Assembly: GCF_001194135.2 (NCBI RefSeq)
Contig: NC_068987.1
Coordinates: forward strand, 60,273,670-60,337,669
Direction of reading: 5' to 3'
DNA: 64,000 bases
From: Octopus bimaculoides
Lineage: Eukaryota
Made by a program: the position numbers and the translations under genes
Shown here: in pieces, positions 1 through 12,180 of the stretch
How the letters are laid out: each line of letters begins with the position of its first letter
How positions within the stretch are numbered: the stretch's first letter is position 1
Notes under the pieces: model-generated
What the model saw: the letters and a program-made list of their open reading frames with translations, nothing else
What the model was told of the DNA's origin: nothing
The model's database searches: none

Positions 1-120
1 TTTGTTGGGGTAAGGTGTGTGAAAAGTTTTCGTGTCATGTGTGGATGGAACACACAGGTCGGGGTGCTAGCAGATAGCAATGATACAGTGAGACAGGGAG
101 GGGGTCTTACACACTCCTCC

Positions 121-671
121 TACCCTATGACAAGCCATATCATACTATAACGCCTGGTAAATTAACATGATGTTTCTCTGTAATATGCGGAATCTCAGGT
201 CCCGAATATGTGCATCTGTGACACTTACTTGACTATTTAATTCAAATGTAGCTACATCAATCCAAACAATCTTTGTTAGAAAGCATGCATATTTTACACA
301 CCTTCCTAAGTACCAATTGCAAAACTCCACTCTTTGATCCAGATCATCTTCATTGTGAGAATGGACTATTCTTGGAATGTGATTTTGAAATTCCTGCTCT
401 ATGACTTGATTGTTGCACAGATTTTCTTGAATTCTGGCAAGACATTTCTAGTACCCATTCTTGCTTTCTGGGGCTCATTGATGTCCGTGGTCATCCAGAA
501 CAGTTGTATTTGCTTCGAACTAATCATTAATCCAAGTGATGATAAGTCACATACGTGAATCTGTTTAAAACTCCCTCCTAAACCGTCATTGCACTTTTAT
601 TGCATTTGCTCACTTGCACTAGCACTTGGGGATAAATTCCTTTGCTCAAAGCTTAGTCTGACTTCTTTCAT
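121..671 (-). mobile_element. Degenerate Tc1/mariner-superfamily transposase (N-terminal HTH to first catalytic Asp region)
   Basis: Minus-strand translation across stops and frameshifts gives MKEVRLSFEQR..., NAIKVQ*RFRREF, ITWIND*FEANTTVLD, SRKSVQQSSHRAGISKS, HNEDDLDQRVEFCNWYL, KIVWIDVATFELN and [16 protein letters not shown]. These are colinear with the motifs I recall for HTH(DUF4817-like)-DDD mariner-type transposases (LNEDDPDRR.EFC.W, WSDEATFKLNG, NLPGVTVWCGLS). Confidence 0.75.
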
Positions 672-1153
672 TATTTCTAATAGGTTAAACGTAAAAGGAA
701 ATGAAAATCGAGTTGTCAACTGTCAAAGTGCATATGCACTTCCTGAGTACATCAGTGTGCATGTGTGTGTACATATGTATATATATATGTGTGCGTGTGT
801 GTGTATATATATGTATACATATATATNNNNNNNNNNNNNNNNNNNNNNNNNNNNNNNNNNNNNNNNNNNNNNNNNNNNNNNNNNNNNNNNNNNNNNNNNN
901 NNNNNNNNNNNNNNNNNNNNNNNNNNNNNNNNNNNNNNNNNNNNNNNNNNNNNNNNNNNNNNNNNNNNNNNNNNNNNNNNNNNNNNNNNNNNNNNNNNNN
1001 NNNNNNNNNNNNNNNNNNNNNNNNNNNNNNNNNNNNNNNNNNNNNNNNNNNNNNNNNNNNNNNNNNNNNNNNNNNNNNNNNNNNNNNNNNNNNNNNNNNN
1101 NNNNNNNNNNNNNNNNNNNNNNNNNNNNNNNNNNNNNNNNNNNNNNNNNNNNN

Positions 1154-1184
<31 letters not shown>

Positions 1185-1320
1185 TACAGCATTAGGAATA
1201 GCATCGAACCACAGAAACATTGCCAAAGCAGACTTTGGAAACTAATACACAACTCTCAAGTTAGACAGATCCTTCTAACCCATGCGAGCATGGAAAATGG
1301 ACGTTAAATGGCGATGATGA
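1185..1320 (+). mobile_element. Orphan 3' tail of an RTE-type LINE (extreme 5' truncation)
   Basis: cattaggaatagcatc...aacccatgcgagcatggaaaatggacgttaaatggcgatgatga matches the tail of the LINE at 28440-29775 and the copy at 42610-42766. Similar orphans at about 20990-21040 (-), 23295-23455 (+), 47800-47960 (+) and 58660-58810 (+). Confidence 0.7.
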
Positions 1321-2267
1321 TATATATATATATATATATAATATTCAGATACAAATACATTATGTGCCTCTCTGTGTATGCGTCTTTCTCACTATCACAT
1401 ACTCCCAATCTCTTTATCGCTTATTCCTCATAATGTTCATCAGTTCCTCACAGTCATCAATAACCAATAATCACAAGAGATTACAATCTTTGATAATCTC
1501 ACAAAATTCAAACCACATCTTAATTATTTTCGTTTTTTTTTTTAGTAATCATTTATTATAATGATTTTTCTTTTTAAATATTTTCTCATCCTGTTTTTTG
1601 TTTAACAGACAACAAACATGTCCTGTATTCTTTTTATTTATTTATTTTTTTTGTGTGATTTTCATGTCTCTTTTCTTTGAATTTCTGTTTAACATTTAAT
1701 TATCTATCTTCATCTTTTCCTATTATTTCCTATTTTTTAATCTTTTTTCGATTATGTGTATTTATTGTTGTCAAGAGGCAGTACCATGGCCAATGAGGTA
1801 AATCCAAGGCGTGGTTATTGCTAGTTGAAAATCATTATTATTATTTTCATTGTTGTTGATGTTGCTGCTGCTGCTGTAGTTGTTGTTGTTGTGTCTAGCC
1901 TCAATCTTTGTACTTTAATTTGTCTTTTCAACTATTCTCTTATTCTTTTAGTCTGATATTAAAGGTCAGAATCAGTAGAGCAACAGCTAAAAAAAGATGG
2001 GAGCAGACTAGCAGAATCATTAGAAAATTGAAAAAAAAAATGCTTATCAATATTTGTTCTAACTCTTTACATTCTGAGTTCAAATCCCAACATGGTTTAT
2101 TTTGCCGTTCCTTCTTCCAAGGTCAATAAAATAGGGTACTAATCAAGAGCTGGGGGTGATAGTATCAACTAATGCCCCACCCCTCAAAAGTTTTTGGCTT
2201 TCTGCTTAAATTAGAACCATTAATATTATTGCTGTTGTTGTTATTGTTGTTGTTGTTGTTATAGAGA

Positions 2268-2600
2268 AGTGGCATGGCTCAGTGGTTAGAGTGTCAAGCT
2301 TGCAATCATGAGGTAGTAAGTTTGATTCCCGAACCGGTCTGTGTGTTGTGTTCTTGAGCAAGACACTTTATTTCACGTTGCTCCAGTTCACTCAGCTGTA
2401 GAAATGAGTTGCGACGTCACTGGTGCCGAGCTATATCGGCCCCTTTGCCTTTCCCTTGGATAGCATCGGTGGCATGGAAAGGGAAGGCTGGTATGCATGG
2501 GCGACTGCTGGTCTTCCATAAGCAACTTTGCCCAGATTTATGCCTCAGAGGGTAACTTTCTAGGTGCAATCCCATGGTCAGTCATGACCGAAGGGGATCT
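2268..2600 (+). mobile_element. tRNA-derived SINE (family G)
   Basis: Head ggcatggctcagtggttagagtg (A box) and tttgattccc (B-box-like), followed by ttgtgttcttgagcaagacactttatttcac. Related heads at 18955-19225 (+), 24170-24412 (-) and 57895-58150 (-). Confidence 0.7.
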
Positions 2601-2824
2601 TGTGGCAGTCTGGCAGAACTGTTAGAGCATCAGAGAAAATTCCTTATAGTATTTGTACTCTTAGTCCTGAGTACAAATCTTTTAGAGGTCAAATTTTCCA
2701 TTCATCTTTTCAAAAGTTGATATAAGTACCAGCCAAATACAAGTGTTGATGTTATTGACTAATCACCCTTCTCTTTCCCTTAGAAATCACTTGTCTCATG
2801 CCAAAATCAGAAATAATAATCAGT

Positions 2825-3030
2825 TTCAAATTTTGGCACAAGGCCAGCAATTTCAGGGCAGAGACAGATCGATTACAATGACCCCAGTGTTCAACTAGTA
2901 CTTATTTTATCGACCCTGAAAGAATGAAAGGCAAAGTGGACCTCAATGGAATTTGAACTCAGAATGTACAGACAGATGAAATGCTGCTAAGCATTTTGCC
3001 CTGCATGCTAACAATTCTGCTAGCTCACCA
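2825..3030 (-). mobile_element. SINE family A (Nin/Deu-like central domain)
   Basis: Reverse complement of the recurring unit agctggcagaattgttagca...ctgagttcaaattcc...gcctttcatcctttcagggtcgataaaataagtac...ggccttgtgcc. About 20 copies or fragments occur in the window (e.g. 2010-2220, 2605-2815, 5565-5780, 8190-8410, 8510-8730, 8750-8955, 19226-19420, 23480-24140, 44430-44585, 46800-47030, 51390-51590, 54305-54430, 58820-58945). Confidence 0.75.
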
Positions 3031-3439
3031 CCTTAAAATCAGAAATAATAATTATGATCCTCTCCTCCTCCTCCTCCTCATCATCAACCTTCTTTCTGAT
3101 TCTTGCTTTTTAATTTTTTTTTTTTTTTTCTTTATAAAAAAAATATCTTTTAGCATTGAAATCAGTAACTTTTTATAATAATTGGCTGAGGTAAACCAAT
3201 TAATGCCAGAATTTTCAGTTTCTTTCAGATTAAAACAGTTGATAAATTCTCCTTTGTTACAATGGTTTTCAGAAATGTCAACAACCAGGCTTTTTTTCTA
3301 GCGAATAATGATTGATAAAATTTGAGAGAAAGAGACTGGGGGAGAGAGAAGCGGATGCAGTTCCCTTCTCATTGTCATTGTGGTTATGGTTGTGGTTGCC
3401 ATCATCATCACCATTAATGTGAATGTCACTATCTTCGTA

Positions 3440-3517
3440 ATCATCATCATCATCATCATCATCAGTCACCATTGTCACCTTCATCATCATCAGCATCACC
3501 ATCATCATCATTATCAG

Positions 3518-3556
<39 letters not shown>

Positions 3557-3571
3557 GTCATCATTGTCACC

Positions 3572-3611
<40 letters not shown>

Positions 3612-3625
3612 CTATCACCATTATC
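3440..3625. repeat. (CAT)n imperfect trinucleotide microsatellite
   Basis: Direct reading; it is the source of the poly-I/H/S/M/D ORFs in the track. Confidence 0.95.
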
Positions 3626-4169
3626 GTTCTTAGCTCACTACAAATCAATGCAGGAAGTTCACAAACACCCACATGGATCACCTTAACAACCAGAACAAAT
3701 ACATCAAGAATGAAATACCTACTTGTTATTGCAGGAAACTTCAGCCCTCACAGACCCTTGCAACTCTGTGTACAATTACCTTCACCCCCAGCATCCAGAC
3801 ATACACAACACACCAGAACACTACAACAACAACAACAGCGACATCTTTAAAATTCTATCTCTCCAACTCAATTCATACAGATGTTAAAATAAAACATTTA
3901 TGCTTAGTATTGACTACTGCCAATAAAGCTTCATTCACCCTAAGGATTATGCTAGATTGTGCTCCATAGTATTAAGCACAAAAATGGGGGATAAACTATT
4001 TCTGACCAGGATATTACAGGATATAGCAACATGTTATCACAAATATAAAGTCAATATGGTATTCATAAAATGGAATTTGCGTAAATTGAGATCTGTATAA
4101 TGATGCCCTGTCGGATTCAAGAAAATCACTTATTATCTTGAAAACTTCTTTCACTGTTTAGAAGAATCA

Positions 4170-4560
4170 CAGAACTCAGAATCTCCCAGCAAAATTGCAT
4201 TATTTGTATTAATGGATTTCTCCAAGATATTTGGCATTATCAGCAGAGGAGTCATGATAGATATCTTGTTGAATTATGATTTCCCAGAGGAGATTGTCAA
4301 AGCTATTATGCCTTGTGGGGAGTGGTTTGTACATATCTACGCATTGTGTATCTAGTGTGCTACCTGCAATAAACCAGTGCCTTGTCTTAAAAAGAGATTC
4401 ATTTCTTATATACTCCTTGGAGCTGGTTGTTCTTGTGGCACTTACACTTCTGCCTCATTTCTATACACTGTGTCACTCACTTGACAAGTCCAACTTACCT
4501 ACTTATATATTTGCTGCCCTTCTGGAATCTAAAGTAATACAGAAATAGACTGGACAATTG
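4170..4560 (+). mobile_element. Highly degenerate LINE reverse-transcriptase fragment (RTE-like)
   Basis: One frame reads IALFVLMDFSKIFGIISRGVMIDILLNYDFPEEIVKAIM, resembling the RT motif F.DFSKAFDS...IL..YG.P..IV.AI. The remainder is broken by stops. Confidence 0.45.
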
Positions 4561-4790
4561 AGGAGAGAGTGAAACATGCCAAGAAAACTGTTACACTGTT
4601 CTCAGTATTATATGTAAGAGTGTGAGGTATGGTCTTCAAATAGACAGAAACATGACATCTCCAATCTATCAACTGTGCCTTATCAACCAGCCATCATGTT
4701 GTATTAGATAGGTTTCTCTGATGAGAAACTACCTGGAGCTATAGAACTACAACCACCATTGTTATCATGTTCATTAACATGATCAGTGGA

Positions 4791-5175
4791 GGCGGAATGA
4801 CCCAGTGGTTAGGGCAGCGGACTCGTGGTCATAGGATCACGGTTTCGATTCTCAGACCGGGCGTTGTGAGTGTTTATTGAGCGAAAATACCTAAAACTCC
4901 ACAAGGCTCCGGCAGGGGATGGTGGCGAACCCTGCTGTATTCTTTCACCACAACTTTCTCTCACTCTTACTTCCTGTTTCTGTTGTGCCTGTAATTCAAA
5001 GGGTCAGCCTTGTCACACTGTGTCACGCTGAATATTCTCGAGAACTACGTTAAGGGTACACGTGTCTGTGGAGTGCTCAGCCACTTGCACATTAATTTCA
5101 CGAGCAGGCTGTTCCGTTGATCAGATAAACTGGAACCCTCGATGTCATAAGCGATGGAGTGCCAACAAACAATAC
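4791..5175 (+). mobile_element. tRNA-derived SINE (family D), near full length
   Basis: A box tgacccagtgg and B box gtttcgattct in a tRNA-like head, followed by a GC-richer body ending ...gatggagtgccaacaaacaatacaat (AAC-rich tail). Confidence 0.7.
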
Positions 5176-7207
5176 AATAACATGATCATCAGTGTTGACT
5201 TTTATCAGTCCTTTTATCATCATAATCACCATCAATCAAGATCATTGATATGGGTTTTGTTTCTTGTGTTTCTCTTTATTCTCCCCAATTTTTCCATGCT
5301 GGCAAAATTAATAATTTATCCCAGGTTAACTCTGATTCAGCAGATGTATAATCAATGGCATTTCACTCCTGACTATCCCATCATTTTTTAGGCATAGTAT
5401 AACTATGTCTGAAAACAATAGATTATTTTTTGAAGGTTATTTGAATACTATTTCTAGCAGATCAATTGACCAAATAAAAATTTCTTTAGGATGTTTTTTG
5501 CCATGTCATTTTCCATCACTCGATATCAGAAGTCAGCATAACAACACTAATTGATATTGTCATATCAAGGCAGTGAGCTGGCAGAACCGTTAATATACCA
5601 GGCAAAATGCTTAGTGGCATTTCATCCATTTTTCCATTCTGAGATCAAATTCTGCCAAAGTTCACTTTATCTTTCATTCTTTTGGGGGGATTGATAAATA
5701 AGTACCAGTTGAATTCTGGGATCAATGTAATCAACTTACTTCTGTCCCAAAGTTGCTGGCCTTGTGCCGAAATTTGAAACTAATATTATGTCATCTCTTC
5801 TCTAAAAGTAAATTACAAAAATGTCTATCTAAAACACTTCCTTCCCAACTTTCCTCTCTTAACCCACAACATTTTTCTCATACATCATGTCACTTGATTA
5901 TGAATTCACTGGTTTTGAGTTCAAAGTCACTAATATAGGTAACATACATAATGCTACCCTCAGTATTCTATCAAGCTTCTGGATTTAGGCAGTATTAAGT
6001 ACCATGTCCTGTTCATAAATAATTTATCCACCATTCATCTATTAGATGACTTCTTGAAGCTCAAATTAAGCTCTGGCCTCTAACTACTACTTAGTGAAAT
6101 CATGATAATCATATGTGCATTTTTATAATAATAATTGAGAAAGATATTAGTTATGTTTTCTTTTCTGTTTTTGGCTCGATGTGGAAGATGAGGCTGTGGG
6201 GCATTGCCTTCATAGCTCTCATCATCACCAACACAGCTGAGACTGATGTTGTTGAAGCCTTTTTTGAATAGTTGCATGTTGGATGAAAAAAAAACCCCAA
6301 AACAGAAAGGTTATTTGGGTATTTCTGAGGGCTGATATTCTGAAATGGAAAGTCTGCTAACTGCAGTTAGAGATTGACATGTTATAGGTGATGAGAAGAG
6401 GATAGATTAGTGAGCCAAAAGATTTTTATTGGAGATGATACAAGATCAGCTAACTCTAAAGAGTAGATAACAAGTAAATATCGTTTTGAATAGGAGACTA
6501 TTCAAAGTAACTTTTCCAGTCACTATCAGGAAGCAGCTCGCTTATCCATTGTACAGAGTTGTTTCTTATGACAACGGTGAGCTATAGCTGCACTGTCTGC
6601 TTAGAGCTAGAACTTGACTGCTAAGAGTTACATATCATGAACAGGGATTAAATATAACACTGGATATGATTTAAACTGCTGATCTCTCAATTACTTGTCT
6701 GATATTTTATTAATACAGACATCAGTTCACTGAATAGTGATGGCAACAACCTCTATTTTTATTATAATTGAGCAATCTAATGTCAATTAAACTGTTACTC
6801 TTGTTCTTGTTGTTGTCATTTATGTATCTAATCTATCATTATTTTTTCTGAAGCATTGGTCAGCTTGGCTTTATAAAAATCTGACACAGAAATAACCAAT
6901 CAGTAACCTAGTATAACCTCACATGTTCACTCACCCAAACTATAAGATGTTAGCTATGTTTATTCAAACTGAACGCCATCATGTCCATCAATGCTCAAGC
7001 TGTGACCATATCCTTTTTATTATGGTCCTGCTGTTTGAGGTTGGCATTCATAAATTGCAATTTGTGTAGACTGATGATTTTAGTAATGTCCTGTCATGGA
7101 TTCAAGAAAACCATTTACTGCTTTAAAAAGTTCTGTCACTATTTCAAATATGGAGGGATGGTTAGTAATAAAAATATAATTACTGGGTTAATCCCTGTAT
7201 GTATGTG

Positions 7208-7238
<31 letters not shown>

Positions 7239-7740
7239 GTTTGTTCATTTGTTTTTGTTTTTTTGAGTTGGTTTGTTTGTTTGTGCAGCTCTTTTCTCTT
7301 TCATTACTCTTACTATTCTCCCATCTAACCAAAGTTTTGATTCTAAACGGAAACTGCATTTTTTTTTTTTTTTTTTTTCCATTCTACAATGGGCATAAGG
7401 TCTGAAATATTATGCGAGCAGATTTAGCTGAAAACATCAATCCCAGTGCTTAACTAGCTTTTATTTCATGAACCCCGAACAAATGAAAGACAACTGGAAG
7501 AAATGATGCCAAACATTTTGTCCAGCATGTTAACAATTCTGCCTGCTTACTACATTCTAAACTGAAGCCATATTGAAGTCCTATCAGTTATGTCACAAAT
7601 GAATAATAGGAAAAAGCATAATATCATATATACCCATAATGCATCTTTGTGTCAACTGTGGCTTTCTTATTCCCTTTTTTCCTAAGTCAAAGTGTTGCAG
7701 ACATTGACACACAAATCTGGGATGGCGAACATTCTCTTAC

Positions 7741-7805
7741 CATAGCTCGAAAGTAGAACTATAGAACATTCTGCTTCCACGACTGGAATAACTGAATATC
7801 CTATT
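7741..7805 (-). CDS. Candidate 65-nt exon of an unidentified minus-strand gene
   Basis: Acceptor ttattacatttcttaacag| and donor G|gtaaga. Open frames: IGYSVIPVVEAECSIVLLSSY or NRIFSYSSRGSRMFYSSTFEL. No homology recognised. Confidence 0.4.
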
Positions 7806-8995
7806 CTGTTAAGAAATGTAATAACATTTGTATTTTTATTATTCTTATTTTCTTAATATTCTGCTTTCAGAAATATTAAGATTTTCTGATCTAAAAATAC
7901 TCAGATCTAGAGATTCATAGATCTAAAGACTCTTAGATCAAGAGGTTGATAGACTTAGAGTTTTTAAAAATCTTGATGATCAAGATTTAAAGATTTAGAG
8001 TTTTACAGACATTGGTGTTCGTAGATTTAAAGATTAATAGATCTTATGTATTGTAGTTTTAAAGTGGGTCAAAGAAATATCCAAATGTGTATAGTGTGTG
8101 ACTTAATCAGAGGTTCATGACATAAATAGAAATCCTCACTGAATGTTGCTGATGTTCAATTTGTTGTATCAATATAAATGCATTCTTTTAAGGCAGCTAG
8201 CTGGCAGAATTGTTAGCATGCTGGGCAGTATGTTTAGCAGCATTTCGTCTGTCTTTACATTCTGATTTCAAATGCCACTAACGTCAACTTTGCTTTTAAT
8301 CCTCTCTGGGTTGATAAAATAAGTACCAGTTGAGCATTGGGATTAATTTAATCAACTTACCCACTCCCCCAGAGTTGCTGGCCTTGTGCTAAAATTTGAA
8401 ACCAATATAAATGCATTCTTTACAACATCTAGTTTGACACTTCCCTGTTCCAAATTCTTGTTGTCAAATGGTTTATTTTCTTATTTACTATTCCGAGATT
8501 GTAAATAATGGTTTCAGATTTCAGCACAAGGCCAGCAGTTTTGAGGAGAAAAGAAATGGTCAATATCAACACTCCTGGTCTTGAGTGCTACTTTATTTTA
8601 TCAATCCCAGAGAGCTGAAAAGTAAAGCTACTCTCAACTGGATTTGAACTCAGAAAGTAAAGAGCCAGAACAAATGCAGCAAAGATTTTTTTTCTGTTAC
8701 TCTAACAATCCTGCCAGTCTGCTGCCTTCCAAGATCAGTAATAATCGTTTCTACTATATGCACAAGGCCAGCAAGTTAAGGGAAGGGGACTAGTTGATTA
8801 CATTGACCCCAGTGTTCAATTGGTATTTAATTTACTGACCCCAAGAGGATGGAAGGCAAAGTTGACCTCAGCAGAACTTGAACTCAGAGCATAAAGATGA
8901 ACAAAATGCTGCTAAGCATCTTGCGAGTGTGCTAACAATTCTGCCAGCTCAATGCTTTTTCAAGATCAGTTATAATAAAATTAAATACAAGTTAC

Positions 8996-9072
8996 CTAAA
9001 AGGACCCTTTGAATAAATTTCTATATTTTCAGCATCTTCTTCTGTGTAAAACTGTCATAGAACCTTCTCAAA
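8996..9072 (-). CDS. Candidate 77-nt exon (or 56-nt, from 9051) of the minus-strand gene
   Basis: Acceptor ttatcttgtatttag| and donor TAG|gtaact. The 77-nt form has a stop in every frame. The in-frame downstream acceptor (gacag|, exon start 9051) gives FYTEEDAENIEIYSKGPF, which joins 7805-7741 in an open frame. Confidence 0.35.
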
Positions 9073-10275
9073 CTAAATACAAGATAATTATTTTGGGTGA
9101 CTAAGTTTTCATATTACTGTTTATAAATCTAAAAACAGTAATATATAAAGATTGAATTGAAAAACACTTTTGGATAAAAAAAGTTGAAGGCTGCCCATGT
9201 GACTTTTCCCATCTAAATGGGATTTTCAGTGCAATATTTACAAGCTATTCTTTATAGCTTTATATGTACTTCAAGATCCAGTTTCAAAAAGGAATTATTT
9301 CACATTCCCTTGAAAGTTCAAAAATACATATGACATCAACAAAATACAAAATACTTTTGAAAGTAGATATCAGCAGATATCAATATGGTTCCTTTCTTAT
9401 ACCACGATATACTCACTCAATAAACAAAGAATGATTGGAATCATGGTCTTAGTTAAATGTTTGCAACACAGTGTTCAGATTGGTAGTATGTCTAGTGATA
9501 CAGAACCAAGTGTAATAGATGCCATTCTCTGTAATGTATTATTCTTATTTTTCACTCCATGTGAAAGGATTTTGCTTTTATTTTATGATTTATATTGTAG
9601 AACATCTCCATTAGAATATTAATTCAGAATATAATATTTCTTAATCTCATTCTATCAGATTTTCCAATACGATATATTGCATTTTATTCACACAATATAG
9701 TTTTTGTTGTTGTTTAACTCCAGGACAGCCCTGATGAAATAGACTTTGATCAAAGACAATCTGTCTATGACTGTCCATTCCATTTGGAGACATCTAGGAT
9801 TACATTATCTAAAGGATGTCCCATCCCCACATTTCTTTTGAAGATGGTGGAGTGTAATTTGAGGATGTTTAATTTGCTATTTCTAGCAAGTTGAGTGACT
9901 TATTAATTCATTACAGTATAGTTGTCTTGACATCTGAGCACCATGAGGAGAATGTAGTCTTTAAGCTCCTGCAGTACTTAGTCTACAATAACAGTCTGAT
10001 TCCTAGTCTATCCTTTCCAATTCACCTCTTATGTTAGCAAATTTGGAAACAGAATATACTAACACTTTTCTAATCATTGTGACTATGGCTTAGGTATCGT
10101 AGTTATTGCTACAGTTCCAGACTCTCACCTATTTTCTAAAGGCTTTTTTTATGATACATTATCATTATCATCATTACTATAGTAGAAGACACTTGGCAAA
10201 GTTGGCATGCAGTGGGACTAAACCCAGAACCATGTGGTTGGTAAGCAAGCTACTTACCACACAGCCACTCCTGCA

Positions 10276-10315
<40 letters not shown>

Positions 10316-10319
<4 letters not shown>

Positions 10320-10509
10320 GAATTTACAAAAAAACAAAAGATGATGACGAGTGTGTAAAAAACAAACAGATGTATTAGTTTAATGCTCTGGAAGTGAGAA
10401 AGTCTTTTACATTTTGAGCCTACACTCTTCGACAGAAAGGAACACAGAAATAAACAGGGAGAGAAAATCGAAATAGAAAAAGGTATAGTGGCTAGCGCTC
10501 TATCATGGC
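10316..10509 (-). mobile_element. Short element with degenerate hammerhead-ribozyme motif (same family as 63769-63955)
   Basis: Minus strand: cttt-CTGTCGA-A-GAGT gtag GCTC-AAAA-TGT-A-aaag (10403-10439). Flanks align with 63769-63955, and the element ends at the (TA)n tract that finishes at 10315. Confidence 0.6.
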
Positions 10510-10594
10510 AAATATATTGATAATAGTAATGGTATGACAACAAAAGAATGAATGAGACCTCGATATTATGTAAATAGAGGAATTTATCTGTAAT

Positions 10595-10797
10595 ATATGT
10601 GACAATTATTCGGTTGCCATAATAAAACTCTGAGTTTTGGATGTTGGGGCAGAAATCTGCTCTGGCATCTCATCAGTTATTAAGACAAGCAAAAATTTTT
10701 TGATTGTCTTAATAACTGATGAGATGCCGGAGCAGATTTCTGCCCCAACATCTGAAACTCAGAGTTTTATTATGGCAACCGAATAATTGTCACATAT
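10595..10797. mobile_element. Inverted duplication (94-bp arms, 15-bp spacer) carrying a type I hammerhead-like motif; Penelope-like terminal repeat
   Basis: 10595-10688 is the reverse complement of 10704-10797 with 3 mismatches. On the + strand, taataa(10710-15) CTGATGA(10716-22) GATG...CATC t GAAA(10754-57) CT cag AG T T ttatta(10767-72) forms stems I, II and III. Confidence 0.7.
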
Positions 10798-10822
10798 NNN
10801 NNNNNNNNNNNNNNNNNNNNNN

Positions 10823-10860
<38 letters not shown>

Positions 10861-12057
10861 GAAATAATGGATACATCCTGTATCGCTCCCTCACAGGTGG
10901 GAAACTATATGATAAATTACAGTGCATCTCTTGGTGCAGAAGCATCCCATCAGGTGATGCAACACAGTTTCTCATTACATAAATAATGTTTCGCTCTTAA
11001 TTTTAACTGTTGACAGTTGTTGTATCTAAAATATATTGAGAAGGAATGACAAAAAATGCACCTCCTGTTTAATCTCTCATATTTGTATGAAACCAATCGA
11101 AGTGTAATGTCTGTCAGACTATAACACATTTCTCAAAGGAGCATTAGTTAACTTAAATTGATTCTCAGATTAAATTCTATATTGGAATTCCTATTTTTAT
11201 TTCTTTATCTTCACATTTTTCTTTTCTCCCCTTCTTTTTTTTTGGACTTTTCTTCTATAGTTTCACATTGCATTTATTAGAAAATTTCTTATTCCATGTA
11301 GTTCCTGAAAACTATTTCCTTTCATTAGATATAAGTTCCTGAAACAGACTTAATTAAAATTTTTTTTTTTTTTTTTTAGAAATTTTAGTTATTTATTTTT
11401 AATCTTCCTTTATAGATTTTAATCAACAAATACTTTAGAATGATTCCATGTGAAGAAATATAACTTATCCTTACACTGATTCATCACTGAAATCCCAGCT
11501 AACCTTCAAAAAGGGATTTTAGAAAAGATATGCTGGGATAGATTTTCCTATTGCTTTCTGTAGATTTATAACTTAAGGCTACTCCCCAAATATACAACTC
11601 TCCTGCTGATTATAGCAGTAAGTCATATATCTTTACCATAAAATTTACAGCTATTTACAATGAGCCAGTCAAGGAGATCTACATATATGTATTGGGGAGC
11701 AGGCATGCTGAACTGCTAAGTTACAGGGGGCATAAACACACCAGCATTGACTGTCAAGCCTCATCCTCAAACACAGACACAAAGGCATACATATGCATGT
11801 ATACATATATATTACAGCCTTCTTTCAGTTTCCATCTACCAAATCCACTCACAAGGCTTTGGTCAGCCCAAAGCTATTGTAGACAACACTTACCCAAGAT
11901 GCCACACAGTGGGACTGAACCCAGAACCACGTGGTCGGAAAGCAAGCTGCTTACCAAACAATCACTCCTAATTATCAATACACAAACTAAGAAATAAAAT
12001 AAAAACAAAAATTATTTTCTTCCAATTTTTATTTATATTTTGTTTATTTCATTTTCT

Positions 12058-12177
<120 letters not shown>

Positions 12178-12180
12178 CTA

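Noticed and set aside
589-1307. Long ORFs spanning N runs (also at 19.6, 21.0, 22.0, 27.7, 39.8-40.8, 41.1-41.7 and 46.0-46.6 kb)
   Set aside because: They are open only because N codons and dinucleotide repeats contain no stops.
4791-4870. tRNA genes at SINE heads (also 2268, 18955, 45161)
   Set aside because: A/B boxes are present but no complete cloverleaf, and each continues into a multi-copy SINE body.
6179-6271. 30-aa ORF with a signal-peptide-like start (MWKMRLWGIAFIALII...)
   Set aside because: Too short, no supporting splice or promoter context, and expected by chance.
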